Below, piece by piece: positions 10,991-23,100 of a stretch of 64,000 bases of DNA. The notes beneath the pieces were generated by a model, which had not been told where the DNA came from, did no database searches, and saw nothing but the letters and a program-made list of their open reading frames with translations. Every line of letters begins with the position of its first letter. The stretch's first letter is position 1. A program made the position numbers and the translations under genes. The DNA is taken from assembly GCA_000091205.1 (NCBI GenBank), contig AP006493.2. One strand, written 5' to 3'. Origin of the DNA: Cyanidioschyzon merolae (lineage: Eukaryota).

Positions 10991-13000
10991 AGTCGAGGCT
11001 TTTGGAGGCATAGAGTCACGGCTGCTGGACAAAAAAACGAATAAAATCTTGTTGTCGCTTACTTTCTAACAGATACGAGCACGTGACGACGAAAGAGAAG
11101 AAGCAGATGCGAGATAGGTGAGAAAACGTGTACGCGCCCGACGGGACAATGACGAGACCGCAGTGGCCCGTCGGGCACGAGTTCGATGAACCCCTACAGA
11201 GGCGAGTTCCACCAGAGGCAATAAAAGCATGGCGTTCGTGAAGCGATACTTGAACGCTGCGCTCAGTATGAGACGATATGGTGTGCTGGAGACGATATGC
11301 GCGGAGCTGAACCGTTCTAACTATGCAGGGGCAGCTTCTGCTACTCGAATTGTACCTGGATGAGCTGAAACCGATACCAGCCGGCCGGGTCAAAAAGGCT
11401 GGCAGGCATCTGTGACTGTGTGTGTATCTAGAAACTCTATGGTCGCCGAACTTTTTCCGTCTTACTTCGAATCATATTACTCGGGCGTTAACGACTCCCG
11501 GAGAACCCGGGACGCTGCAGTATCCGATCGTCTACCTGTATGTCTATGACTCTATCCGAGATTGAGAGTGCGGGTAGGAGCTGAGGTCTACCCCGACGGT
11601 TATTGGCAGCACTCGTGTGTCGGGCGAACTCTGTACCGAGTCGTCGCTCACATGCCATGGGTGTGTGTGTGTGTGGGTGTGTGGAGTGAACGCTTTAACA
11701 TTCGGGACGCAGTTGGATCTCATAGCCTGCATTTGTATGTGGGTAGGATCTAAACCAAGTCTTCTCACAGTTTTCCTAGCAGTACTCGTGTTTCGGGCGG
11801 AGTCTAGATCGATTCGTCGCTCATATATCGTAGAGGGGTGCGACGGACGCTTCAGCGCTTGTCTCGCGAACTAGCAGAATACGAAGACCTGGCATGAGTG
11901 GAGAATCTCACCCAATAACGTTGCAAATGCCCACGGTGGCACACACTTACATAGAGTACTTGATAGGATCCCTTTTCCAGTATTTTTTTTTGTATCTTGG
12001 AACAGCAGCTCAAGTTCCATACAGGAGCGGCCTCTTCGTAAAAGCCGCACACGAAACAGCTTGCCCGAGGTCAGATCATGTCATCGGTCCTGCCGAGTTC
12101 ACTTGTGCGATATGTCGGAAAGGTGCTGCTGAGGAGACACTGCGAGCTCTGATCGCGCCCAGGAGAGAAGCGTGAAGGACGCTCTTCGAGGGCAGGCACG
12201 CGGCGACTTGTCAGAGCACTGGTCGATGCGCACTCGCATCAGCCATGCTGGAAGTTTTCTTTTCCGGATAAATTGCGCATAGTATGCAAGCTCGATTCGT
12301 TTCCGTCTATGAAGAGTCTTTCTTCTTCGATGCAAATGTGAGCGCGGCACCGGCAATGCTCAAATTGTCCTCGATCATGCGTACTCAAGGCGGTGTGCCT
12401 GAATTCCTGCTTTTTCGAGTGCATTCGGAGGTCCATCAGCGTTTCGTGTTTGTCGGTACAGACGCATGCCAGAGGTGCAATCGGAGCCGGCGCCGAATCC
12501 GTCGAGAAGCTGCACTTGACGGGCTTGCACTACTGAGTAGCTTTTTGACGCTGCAGCCTCAAGAAATCGATGCTACAGCCCACATACGTCGAGGGCCGCA
12601 TACGCGCTGTATTCTCGACGAGTCCGCGTTAAAAGCGCACACACCTTGGCGTTACGCTCAATAGCTGGTCAGCTGCCTCGCTCTGCGCAGTAGTGTACGT
12701 GAGCGGGGCTCTGGAATGGGCCGCATCTCTGCAACTGAGGCATTCAACACGAAAATGCACCCGTCGGCCGCTGGGGAGCATGACCGGGCGGCTTCAGACC
12801 TCGAATCGATCATTCGATTATCCCCTGAAAGGGTGCTTTCTTTACCCGTAAAGCTGCCTGCTTTCCCTATCCGTTTGGGAGGTTTTTCCCCGAATGCAAG
12901 TACCTCATCCTCAAATGCCACGTGAGAGGCCCAGGTCTCGCGGCATGCCACCGCGGAGTCGCTCGCTGCTGCACATTCTCCGTCGGCCAGGACGCGCCCT

Positions 13001-13618
13001 CTAGCGCTTCTCGAACTCCTGTCGTAAGACTTCGCTCTCCCGAGCCGCCTCGCGCGCCTCTTCCTTCAGCACTTTCGACTCCTTCTCTAATATTTCGTCC
13101 TCCTTCTTTTTATACTCTGGCTCACGTTCCACACGAGGGGTCCGGTACACTTCCTTCTCAGCAGGGTCCGGGTTTTCGTAGAGCTCCTCCTCGTACTTCA
13201 GGCCGCTGACGTACTTGTCGAGCTCCTTCTCGTCATCAATTTTCGGAGCTTCTTCTCCTTTGTCCGTAGGCTTCTCACGTATCTTTGCGATGCTTGGGGA
13301 CGTGCCTGGAATGACCGTCGCGAGCAGGCCTCCCAAAATGATGTGCGCCCCTGCACGGAGTAGCGAACGGCGGTCTGGATCCGGTACCCTAACTTGCATA
13401 CGAATAGGACACTTTGAGCCATTCCAGTGTTTAGGTGCACTCTTCACAATAGCTCCATGACTTACAAACATGATGTTACGTTCTCGCAGATAAAAAACGT
13501 GCAGGTTCCAGGCCCGTGTCCCACGCGAGTCCCCAAGGGTACAAGTGGATCTCGCGACGGCGTGCGCATCGCCCTCGCGCGCTCGCGGATCCACGCGCAG
13601 CGCCTCCGCGAAGGCCAT
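13001..13618 (-). CDS. Possible small hypothetical protein (205 aa) with one predicted transmembrane helix and a Lys/Glu-rich C-terminal tail.
   Basis: ATG-initiated ORF. Hydrophobic segment AHIILGGLLATVIPG followed by a highly charged tail (KIDDEKELDKYVSGLKYEEELYENPDPAEKEVY...). No homologue recognised, so it could be spurious. Confidence 0.25.
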   Translation of the reverse strand: MAFAEALRVDPRAREGDAHAVARSTCTLGDSRGTRAWNLHVFYLRERNIMFVSHGAIVKSAPKHWNGSKCPIRMQVRVPDPDRRSLLRAGAHIILGGLLATVIPGTSPSIAKIREKPTDKGEEAPKIDDEKELDKYVSGLKYEEELYENPDPAEKEVYRTPRVEREPEYKKKEDEILEKESKVLKEEAREAARESEVLRQEFEKR

Positions 13619-13854
13619 GGCCTGCAGCGCACCTCACGGTGTTCGTTGCTCCGTGCGAATTGCGGTGCACGCTTTGCTGGTATGGACTTGAGCCTGCAGA
13701 CACCGTGCACAGCTGACACTCGAACAGAAGGACCAACGGGTGCCCGGTGCGTCGTCTACACGAACGACAGCGCATTGCCTCGCGAGTGTCCGAGCAAATC
13801 GCAGCTTCTGCTTTGCGTGCGCGCTCGATGCATGCACGAACATCGACATCGAGG

Positions 13855-14100
13855 CCGATGAATCTATTGGGACTGTTCGCAGCATTTGCTGATTTGTCTT
13901 AAGGGTACAGGATCGATGAATCTACTGGAAAGGGTAACATCTGTTGCGAATTCGTTTCACGGATACAGAATTCATGGATCAATTGGGCATGCTACCAGCA
14001 TTTGCTCATTTTTTCAAGGATATTGGATTGGTGAATCTACTGGAATCGTTATCATCTGTTGCAGAGTTTTTTCAAGCGTACGATCTATGAATCTACTGGG
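13855..14100. repeat. Degenerate tandem repeat of ~60 bp in about 4.5 copies, as two alternating subtypes, in a relatively AT-rich stretch.
   Basis: Recurring GATGAATCTACTGG(G/A)A...CAGCATTTGCT.ATTT.T.(T)TCAAGG units read directly from the sequence. It lies ~330 bp upstream of the CpcT-like gene. Confidence 0.7.
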
Positions 14101-14433
14101 AATGCCCCGCGCGATCCCCAGTGGCGTTCTGCACGCGTTTTCGGCACCTCGGGGGCACGCCCCGCTGAGGCGCGCCCTCGCCAGCGATGCCGCCTCGCGC
14201 ACAGGCGTCGGTTGCACCTGGAGCGTGCGAACGCCCCGCCCGCAACACACGGAGCGTGCCGGGTCGAGTGGCGCTGCGAGCGTGTGTCAGCTCTGGTGCA
14301 CAGCCAAGCTCGGTATCTGAAGCTCATTGGACTGCACTGCACGAAAGCGGGCAGCGTGCAAGGCGGTTACTCTCTCAAACGGAGTGGTTCTATCGTATTA
14401 ACCTTGAGGGACTCGGCCTCGACCTGAATTTCC

Positions 14434-15225
14434 ATGGCATTTGTGAACGTTGCAAACACGCGCATCAACAGACTTGATTCGCTGGGGTACAGGCACCGCA
14501 GTTGGTCGCACGCGTTTCCGCAGCGCCGTGCGTGGAGTCGTGCCAGTACACGTCGTGCACAGTGCGAGGCGTCACTGGTTGCTCTGAAACCGTATACGTC
14601 ATACCACCTGGCGCGTTGGTTGGCCAAAGAGTGGGACAACTACGACCAGCACTTGGCAAATCCGCCGTTTTGGGCGCACATCAGGGTGAGTTACCGGCCC
14701 CTACCCTGGGAATTTTTGGAAGGCCACGCCTTTTACGTGGAATCGATTTACACCTATGCACCGAAGCTTCCGTATCGGGCGACTATTATCAAAATCACGC
14801 GAAATAGCGACGGTGCGTTGGAAACGGAGTCCTACAAAGTCGAAGGCGTTGAACAGTTCTACACGGCTGCTTTCGATCGCAGCAAGCTCGCAGAGCTCGT
14901 TCGACAGGCGCATCCCCGGCACACCAATCGATGCGTGAAATTGCCGGAAGCATGCAATGCCGTCTTCGAATGGGTCGAAGCCGAACAGCTGTACCGATGC
15001 AAAACTCGACCTGGATGCAAGTGCATGGTACGACGTGGTGATCGCGACAGCTATCTCGATGCACAAATGACGCTCTCGGAGTCGCGCTGCACGGCACTGG
15101 ATATCGGCCGTTGCCCACAAACGCATGAACAGCTCTGGGGGGCGGTGGCAGGGCCGTTCGATTTTGTGGTGCGAAAGTCGTGGAGCGACGAGGTGCCGCT
15201 GCCACCGGCTGCCATGGACTGGTGA
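14434..15225 (+). CDS. cpcT: T-type phycobilin lyase (CpcT/CpeT family, DUF1001) with a plastid-transit-peptide-like N-terminus, 263 aa.
   Basis: ATG at 14434, TGA at 15223-15225. Core motifs LARWLAKEWDNYDQHLANPPFWAHIRVSYRPLPWEF...YVESIYTYAP match the CpcT consensus W-L-A-G-E-F-x-N-x-x-Q...P-P-F-x-H-I. The first ~55 aa are Arg/Ser-rich and non-acidic. Confidence 0.7.
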   Translation: MAFVNVANTRINRLDSLGYRHRSWSHAFPQRRAWSRASTRRAQCEASLVALKPYTSYHLARWLAKEWDNYDQHLANPPFWAHIRVSYRPLPWEFLEGHAFYVESIYTYAPKLPYRATIIKITRNSDGALETESYKVEGVEQFYTAAFDRSKLAELVRQAHPRHTNRCVKLPEACNAVFEWVEAEQLYRCKTRPGCKCMVRRGDRDSYLDAQMTLSESRCTALDIGRCPQTHEQLWGAVAGPFDFVVRKSWSDEVPLPPAAMDW

Positions 15226-16429
15226 ATCGGTCACGAGTAAAGCAAGCTGCTTCGTAAAACATAACGTCCAAGGTTGTTGGATTGCATTGCAAAAGATGGA
15301 TCGTGGTTTCTGTTGAATTCGTGACGGGAATCGTGCCCGAGGATTTGGATGCGTGGGCGAGCATCAGTAGCGGCGAGTGTGCCGCTACCGCTCGAGGTAT
15401 TGATTTGCTGGCGTTCTCACGAACAGCATCAGAGGCTCGCCTCAAAGGGCGCTGCCGATGATAAAACGCTGGACGCCATTGTTCGCTCGGCGGGTCGCCA
15501 CGGCCAGTAGATAACGACGAGCGCAACGCGTACGCTAGTGACTGCATAAAGTCGCTCTCGCAGCACAGTTGCGCTCCTCCGGCAAATTGGCACGCTGTTC
15601 TCGTTGCTCTCATATCGCGTCAACCAGGACGGTAGAGGCGATTTGCTGCGCAAATAGCGGGTTTCAGTTCTCCATCGAAACCACCCGAACGGGAACCGGG
15701 TCACAACCGAATGGCCTGCAGAGTCAACTTCTGCTCCTTCCTGGACATGACATATCGGTTTGCACTGGACAGCAACGACTTGAGTTAGATTCGTGCCTCT
15801 TTGCGTTCTCAGCTGCCATCGCATACCAACAAACAGCGCACCACGATTCGTGCGCATCAAACCGGCATGTCGCTCGATGCTCGGGCGGAAAACCTCCCGC
15901 ATGGAGCGCAGCCGCATCCTCGTCAGGTATCAGCAGCATGAATGCGCGTAGTAAGCAACTTGAGGCGCTGCATGCACCCAGCTGTCCACAGTATGCACCA
16001 TGACATCGAATCGTGAACGGTGCCGGAGCGCTGCATCGGGCTAGCTATCCTGCGAGTACTCGATTGTCGCCATAGACCAGAGCGCCAGCCATGGTAACCC
16101 GGCGCATGCGCCTTCTTGCCTACAGCGCTAAACGATTCTTCTCTTCGATCACAGAGCTGGAGTCGCTCCTACCGCTTAGACTCCCCGGGTATCGAGCGTA
16201 TGAGTTGCGCCTGCCGCGTCGTCGACTACGCAAGTCCATACGCAGCACGCCAGGGAATTGGCCCTTGAAGGCTCGTATAAACGACACATGATTTTGAGAG
16301 AAGAAGCATGGATGATCGTGACTGGTGAAACCACGAAATCTGGTGCAGCACGCAACGCTACGAGACCACCACCACGATCACGACAATTATCGAGATGACC
16401 TGCAACCGACAGCGCGTTTCACGTATGGT

Positions 16430-16570
16430 CTTCCAACGCAATTGGATTCCGCGTCCAGGTGCGTGTCGTCAACTGCTTTTCCCCAGTTAATAGCAAATGT
16501 GTTGAGGGTGCGTTCATTTGAAGAAATAGAACCTAAGAGAAAGGTACAGGTATAAAAGTCAATAATCCTG
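16430..16570. other. Copy 2 of the same conserved ~140-bp intergenic element as 10850-10990.
   Basis: Same alignment as above. It lies ~450-600 bp upstream of the giant plus-strand gene. Confidence 0.5.
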
Positions 16571-17168
16571 GAGGGTCGGTGTCGGCGGGATCGACCAAAA
16601 AAGAAGAGAATGCTCTTTTTGCCGACCATCGAGCGAAGAACATCAAGAAACGACGACGACGACGATGACGAAGAAGAAGCAGCAGCAGCAGCAGCGCGGT
16701 GATAGATGAGAAACGGTGCTTAGCCGACGACAAAAGTCCGGAAGGCGTCTGTGGCCGGGTGTCTATTGATACACGATACCGCTGTGGTGCATTTTTGGGT
16801 TTTTTCGATCACTAGAAATTACTGAACAATATGGACAACGTTGCTGTCCAGATCGCCCAGCGACGACGTACGCAGCCGGCACACGAGCACTCGAGTCCCA
16901 GAATCCAGCGCGTCCGGGTACCAGCAAAACCTTTGGGGTTCGTTTTGCAAACGTGTGCTTCAAAAACGTTGTGACTGAGCGCTTGTCTCAACTTTATCAC
17001 TAGAAGGTACTGACAGAGGCTCTCAGAGTGGTGTCAGTCCCCGGAGTGCGCTGCCTCGTCGCCAACGCCGAAGACTGCTCACGACGGGTCATAAGCAGCG
17101 CACCGCCGGGGAGCACCCGTTGCTGCCACTACAGCGACAGCAGCTCTAGCCCTGACCAACGCATATCC

Positions 17169-20100
17169 ATGCAGCAGAGCGTCTTGGAAGCTTTTCATGA
17201 GACCTTAGAGTCTGGTGCAGATAGAGAGAGAATCCCGAGGCAAACGTCTGTTGAGGAGCTCGCGCTCCTGGACGAGTTGGATCGACTTGCGCGCCTGCGC
17301 TCGTCAACACCGCCGTGCGAGGACGACCAAGGCGGCAGCTCGCTACGAAGACCCGCGGATTGGCCAGATGGACAGCTACGCGAGCGTTCCCCGAGTCAGC
17401 ACGCGTCGCTGGATCCCCGCAGCGAGCGCTCAACCGATCACGGTCATAGCCAACGTCTCGCTACCGAGCCATTGTTCGAGAACGATGCACATGTGCGCTT
17501 CGTTCGAGACGGCAGGGCACATCGCTCGCGGAGGATGCGATTCATCGGCTCGTGCGGCTCACGTGGCCACTTACCTCTAACGCGCTCTACATCGACGCTC
17601 ACGGACCTGGGTCGCCAGTACGCCATCGAGGAGATCACATCGGTATCCGCCCAACAAAACGCTGGCTTCAACGCTTCACCGCGCATACAGCAGCCAGCAG
17701 TAGCAACGCCGCGGCGTCGCGGGTATCTGCGGAGTTTTGCGGCGACGACCAGTTCCGGAGAGCTGGAGCAACGTCAACAGCCCACACCGGATGTTCTCAA
17801 TACAGCGATTATTGGGCGAGTAGCGACCACCGTTGCGGCCGACTGGACTGATGATTTCTGCTTTCCTGATCGCATTCCTCAAGAACAGGTTATGGATCAG
17901 AGGCCCCAGTTGCCAGATCATGCAACCATGGGGCTGCACCCGCTGTTTCGAGTGCCCTCGGCACCGACACTCACTTCGAGCGCCAGCGGCGGTATAACGC
18001 GCGGATCGGGTGTACACCAGTCGAGCCCCAGTGCGAGCCTTCGATCCACATTTCGCAACCAGAGGAAGCCTGATGTCACTGTCAACGGATCTGAAGCACC
18101 CGCATCAAATGAAAAGCTCGTCTCAGGGTCAGTGCCTTTGGCCATGCGAGCGCACGCCGCCGGTCAGGTGCAGCCTTCACCGACAGTCGGTGTTGCGGGA
18201 AGCGCAGCGGGCGGTGAGCGCTCCCCCGCTACAGGCCGCAACCGGTCCAATATGAACACTCCCGAGACACTAGTCGCTGCGTCGCTTTCCCCGCGAACCC
18301 GAATGATCATGCGTACTGGTCGCCTCGCCGACAATCTGTGGCTCGGCGCCCGTGCTCCTGCTCCCAAAGTTGCCCGTGAACTGTCTGCAGTTTTTGATGG
18401 GCAACGCCAAGGAAGGCAGTCAGCGTTTCCTCCAGCGCACCGGAGCCGGTCGCCTGAGCGCAAAAGCCCCGCGTCAGGCGCCGGCTTCCGCGTGGAACCC
18501 GCCTCAGCACCGCCAGCGCTGCGTGGTACTGTGCCGCTTTCTCCGCTGCCTAGTGGGCCTGCAAAACAACCAAGTCCGACCCCATCTCTGGCGTCGACCC
18601 AGAGCACCTCTACGGAGGACTCAGAGTCCGCCTCTGACTCCGACTGGGACGCCGAACTCGGTCACCAGTATCAAACATCGACAGCTGGCGAGGCTGGCGC
18701 TCTCAGCGACTTCATACCCGCGACGTATACGTTTGACGGGAGCGCTGGTGCCCCCAGCACTTTCGAGGACGGTGTGATACCGGCGTTTTTTCGCATTGTT
18801 GATCGTGCTCGTGCGCTATATCGCGGACGAGTCATCATGCGGTATCCACGTCCATCATCGTTGGTGTTTTTACGTCTCCCCGAGACGCGAGCTTCGCAGC
18901 TTGCCGAGAAGGAGCTCGAATTGTGGCTGATCGGACTCGTAACGTCGAGCCTTGGCTCACCCTTTGAGCATCCCCTAATCCCGCCACCAGTGCGTCAGTG
19001 GGTCCAGAGTCCCGCCAATCTACAGAAACTGTCCGGACTCGGGGAGCACTCGAACGGAAAGCTGCTTCGAGCATGCAGTGACCTGCACAGTTACATGCCC
19101 TGGGTACCTCTGGTGGCGCTCAGTATCACACAAGTCAGCGAATGTGTTCGCAGCTGCCGAGCACGGCGGCGAGCCAAACTCGCCTTTGCGAACCTGCAGC
19201 GCTGCCTGCTGCTGGTAGACGCACTTGGCATGCAGCCGGACTGGCTCCCGGTACTCGAACCGTGGCTGGCGTCGTATCTGTTTCCGACGCTCGGCACGCT
19301 CCTATTCCGTGTATATACACAGGCCCGTATCGACCGAGGTGGAATACCGCATCTGGTGACGCTTCTGGACCGAACGCTGTCAAGTCTGAGCTCCCAGGCT
19401 AGTGCCTCGGTTCGGTGGCAGGCGCGTCTGATCATTGCCGAGCTCCTGCTACAGTTTGGCCCCGACTTGGATGCCCCGCTGAAGAAGACCTTCTGGGAGC
19501 GCGTTTGTCGGGACGCGTTGCATTGCCTCGGGCACTATGCTGACGTGCTTACCGCTGAACTCGAGAGCACGACAGCAGACCTGGCACCGGAAGCAGAGGA
19601 CGCGTCGAGTTTGTCAGCGCAGCAGCAGTCCATGGATTTGGTAGCGCCCGATGGACACGGTGTTCAGGCAGCAAGCTTCGGATCCATTCAAGTAATTGCC
19701 AGGGCAGCGTGTTTACTGTACTGGCTACTCCAGGGCGTATCTCCGTTCAACTTAGAGCCGTTGGATTATGACACCGCTGCGTTGTATGATGCATGGGCGA
19801 CGACCTTTTGGCAGCTTCCCCAGGAGCTCCGGCCCTATCTCCACAGCCCGGATGCTCTCTGCGAGTTTCTCATCCAGAAATGTTGTCCGCTGCTTCCGCG
19901 ACACTGTGAGTCTCGCTACCGCTGCTCGACAGTGCTCGGACACCGTGCGAGCCTCACTGGACACTATGGTGAGGCTGAGTCGCATTTCTTTGAAGCACTC
20001 GTGGTGATGCACGGGTGTCCGCCGTTGGTGGACGCTTCGCCCTGCGTTTCGGAGTTTGCACAGAGCGTACTCGAGCGTTACGCCGAGTGTCTACGACAGG

Positions 20101-23100
20101 GAGCCAAGTACCGATACGCTGTTGCAGCGCTAACCGCGGCAGCAGACGCTTTTCTTGAGCGCACGGGGCAGAGTCCGAACCTGCTCCTCCAACGAATCAG
20201 TGAACTGGCACTCTCCGAGCAGGACTACGTTCGAGCGATTCAGGCGAACATCGCGCTGCTCCGAGCAGTCTCCTTAGAAGGACAACTCCTGCAGGCGATT
20301 CACGTCACGCTCCGTCTGGGGTATGTGCTCGTAGAAGCCGGTTGGTTCATTCGTGCTGAACAACTCCTAACCGCTGTATGGCATGCGCTCGAAGATGCCG
20401 CAGCCTCTATAGCATCAGCGACACAGGGCACCAGCTCTGAGCCATTGCTCACCTCGTTGACACGCGAGGAAACACGCATGAACCTCAGTAGGTCAACAAC
20501 GGAAACGCCCTCTCGCACCAATTCAGAGCGCAGTGACTGGTTACCCTGGGACCCTGCGGAGAGACGGGTACCATCTCCGAGTGCTCGTACCGAGAGACGC
20601 ACGATAGAGTCGCATCTCTCGGATATCCTGCTGCTTTTAGCGGATGTTCGAATTCGAGCTGGTCGCTTAGCGTCAGCATTTCAACCGCTCATGCAGCTCC
20701 AGCAGTTACTGCCTCCAGCTCGACAAGCAATCATTCACCGCAAACTGGCTGATATCTGGTTGCGTCTGGGGAATCCGGTCGCCTGTCGACAAGCATATCT
20801 GCGCTATTTGGCCATGAGCTGTGCGGGCACCAGCACCAGCACCAGCAAAGGCGCTGCTGTGGCGACAAGCGCAGCGTCTGCAGGTGCTCCTGCGCCTTGT
20901 CAGGTTCTGATGTCGACTGCGCAAGCGCCGCAGGAGACCAGCAACTACACACCGAAGGACGTTGCATCCGCTACGGAAAGCCGTGCAAACGCGCGAGACT
21001 CACTGCACATGCAGTCCATTGAGGTAGAGCGTCTGCCTGGACATGATACATTTCCCGCTGCTGCTGCTGCTGCTGCTTCGACAGCTGCCTGCATCGACAA
21101 CCTCGATAGAGCGCGAATGTTCCAGTTGGTACGAGGTCGCGCCCCGCCAGAGGCAACGATTCTTGCGTTGCTGTACGAGGAACAGTTCCTCGATGCGCTC
21201 GCCGAAATCGACTGTGCGATGGAAATGACGAGCTTTCGACGGCTCCGTAACTTGGCTCGTCTGATGCACCTTCGTGGACAAGTTCTTCGCGAGATGGCGT
21301 ACCACCTGGACAGTGGGAGCGTTCTACAGGCAGCACTACCCGCGAGTGTGACCATTGAGGTGCTTCCGCAGCTACGTCTCAGTCGATTGCGTTTGGTACC
21401 TCCACTCAAACTTGTGCAGCAACTACCCGATGCAATGCAGCGCACGTGGAAACGATGGTTGGCGGAATCCATCCGGTGGGCTTCCCCAGAGCCGCCATCT
21501 CCAGTCGACGTGATCAAAGCAGCCCGTCTCTCGTTTGCTGCTGCTGCCTATCTCTATAGCGTTATGGCGGATGAAATCTACGCGGCACTATCCACGGTCG
21601 CCGCTCTTCGAATGGGCATAGAGTGGGCGCTTCGCCGCTTTGTGCGAGCTGAACCCGATAGCACGGCGCCTGCAGCTACATACCAGGAAGGTGGAGCGCT
21701 CACCAAGGCTCCCGCCAACGACAACGACAACGACGATGCGGAACAATGCGAAGAACGGCTGCTTGAAGCTGCGAGTATCTTCATGGAGACGAACATGGTG
21801 CAGGCTTCCATGGAAGTCAGCATAACAATGGCGCAACTGATGATCCTTCGCCAGCAGCCCGAGGCTGGCGTTGCATTCCTACGAGAAGCCTGGGCGACCT
21901 TCTCTTCGCTCTATGTTGACGCGCGGAACGGGCGGTTTGCATTTACGCGACTGGCTTCACCGCTGTTGCTGCGGGAGCTGCGTCAGCTGCTCAGTCGGAT
22001 GGTGCTGGTGCTGTATTGTTTGCCCTCAGCGGTCGTGCTGGAGTTGCACGCGATGCTCGATATCCATAACCAGCTGAGTTTGGAAACGGTACTGGCAGAG
22101 GCACGTTCCGCGACTCGCACCGGGTTACGTAGTATGCCGCCAGTGTTGGGGCAGTCATCCGCCCTGGCACGATACCGCAGCTCTACGGACGCGAGCGTAG
22201 AGCGCAGCACCAATGCAACCAACGGTCCAGGCGAGAGCGCTGCGAAAGCATCCGCTTCACGCCACTGCTCCGAAGCTCCCAAGACGACACCTGCTTCATC
22301 ATCATCTTCTTCTTCTAGTGTGACTGCAACGCGCCCAAGGCGTACAGCGCCACCAAGAGCTCGTATTGCAAATGGTCTCGGAAGCAGCGCTCCTAACTGG
22401 ACCGCGTCTGAACTGCCGGACGTAGCCAGCTCCAAGCATCCATGGAAACGTATTGGTGCTTTATGGCGTCAAACAAAGAGGGTATTGGGGCGGGGCATGC
22501 CGCGCTCTAGTCGCCCTGAGCGCCAACCCGAACCCGCAGTCGCACTGGGCACAAACGACGCGGTATCACGGCAGCCGTCGACCTACTCGCCAGTGCTGCA
22601 GCGTCAGCAGGCGCTGCATCCTCAAAGACCCACTGACCATGGACAACAAACTCCATTCTCAAGATCGATTAGAGCGTCGAAGTCGAAACAGACGGCTGCA
22701 GCGCCGGGCGCTCGCGGAGAAGCGGCACCCAGTACACCAGTATCACTTGCATCCAGTGCGCTGCAACGCACAGCGTCCCAGAGAGCGCCTCGGGTGCAAG
22801 TGTCCGACGACAGAGCACCACCACTGCAACAGCGCTCACGCGTGAAGACGCCAACAACACCAGCGCAGGTAGCAGTAGCCACCGAGGTCATGGGTGCATC
22901 GGCAAAGCGCAAGTCGCCCTGGCACCAGATCCTTCGCCAGCAACGCGATATACCCCAGGGTAAGCGTGACGATGCCATGCTTTCGAGTCGCTCGTTGTCG
23001 AGTGGAAACAAAGCTGCCGGCACCCGTGCTGCTTCATCGGAAACGCGTGATATGTTGTCGTCGTCGTCGTCGTCGTCGTCGACACCTGCGCGACTGGTCC

